32,000 bases of DNA. Origin: Candidatus Nanoarchaeia archaeon (GTDB lineage: Archaea; Nanobdellota; Nanobdellia; Woesearchaeales; JANQNC01). The stretch is from the NCBI GenBank assembly GCA_028279745.1, contig JANQNC010000001.1, forward strand, positions 840,001-872,000. Reading direction: 5' to 3'. Below, piece by piece: positions 31,922 to 32,000 of this stretch. How positions within the stretch are numbered: position 1 is the stretch's first letter; each line of letters opens with the position of its first letter. A program made the position numbers and the translations under genes. Below the pieces are notes generated by a model. That model was not told where the DNA came from, made no database searches, and worked only from the letters and a program-made list of their open reading frames with translations.

Positions 31922-32000
31922 ATGAAACAAGACTTAAAGGTGAAAGTATTAAGCATCACATCTTTATTTCCGAATTGTATTAATAGAACTCGGGGAATTT
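31922..32000 (+). CDS. Possible 5' end of an ORF running off the window (MKQDLKVKVLSITSLFPNCINRTRG...)
   Basis: The frame is open from 31901 to the window edge. An ATG at 31922 is preceded by AAGGAG, although the spacing is only 1 nt. A TATA-like CAATATAAAAG lies at 31882-31892. The fragment is too short to assess. Confidence 0.2.
   Translation, partial: MKQDLKVKVLSITSLFPNCINRTRGI

Noticed and set aside
31909-31983. 24-codon ORF (MVKENETRLKGESIKHHIFISELY) downstream of a TATA-like box
   Set aside because: It is too short to support. An overlapping frame stays open to the window edge and is the more likely, though still weak, coding candidate.
1-32000. CRISPR arrays, rRNA genes, IS elements or transposases
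   Set aside because: Reading the window, I saw no regularly spaced repeats, no rRNA-like GC-rich long non-coding stretches, and no transposase or integrase-like ORFs.

Overview
The window is AT-rich and gene-dense, with about 37 protein genes, one tRNA and almost no non-coding DNA. It reads as a chromosomal segment of a small-genome archaeon, most plausibly DPANN-like. The archaeal markers visible in the sequence are: an intron-containing tRNA-Phe(GAA); TATA-like boxes centred about 25-30 nt upstream of many start codons, so many transcripts look leaderless; Mre11, HerA, NucS and Ogg-type repair genes; a single-OB-fold SSB with an acidic tail; translin; two PEF-CTERM-type sorting signals; and a FlaI/FlaJ-type secretion ATPase and platform pair. 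Mixed in are bacterial-looking housekeeping genes: a 597-aa AspRS of bacterial architecture, GatB, a short Tgt, a lipobox MsrA and a sigma-70 region-2-like ORF. Other housekeeping genes are pyrBI, an IMPase, a HAD phosphatase, an MFS transporter, a GNAT and an ATZ/TRZ-type amidohydrolase. I saw no rRNA, CRISPR array, transposase or integrase. The best candidate for an undescribed system is the roughly 9 kb envelope cluster at 6254-15120. It holds a translationally coupled ATPase-IMPase-platform operon with no recognisable pilin or archaellin, a divergent pair of Q/P-rich coiled-coil proteins, and three tandem paralogues of an unassigned polytopic membrane family. Secondary leads are: a GC-rich structured intergenic element at 24038-24143 (candidate ncRNA); two Cys-rich PEF-CTERM surface proteins, one with a near-perfect 168-bp internal duplication; HerA directly followed by a deaminase-type amidohydrolase; an unassignable gene pair at 4235-6257 beside an ImmA/IrrE-like HExxH protein; and a translin-GNAT-Tgt operon. 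All functional calls rest on motifs read by eye from the translations. No database search was run.
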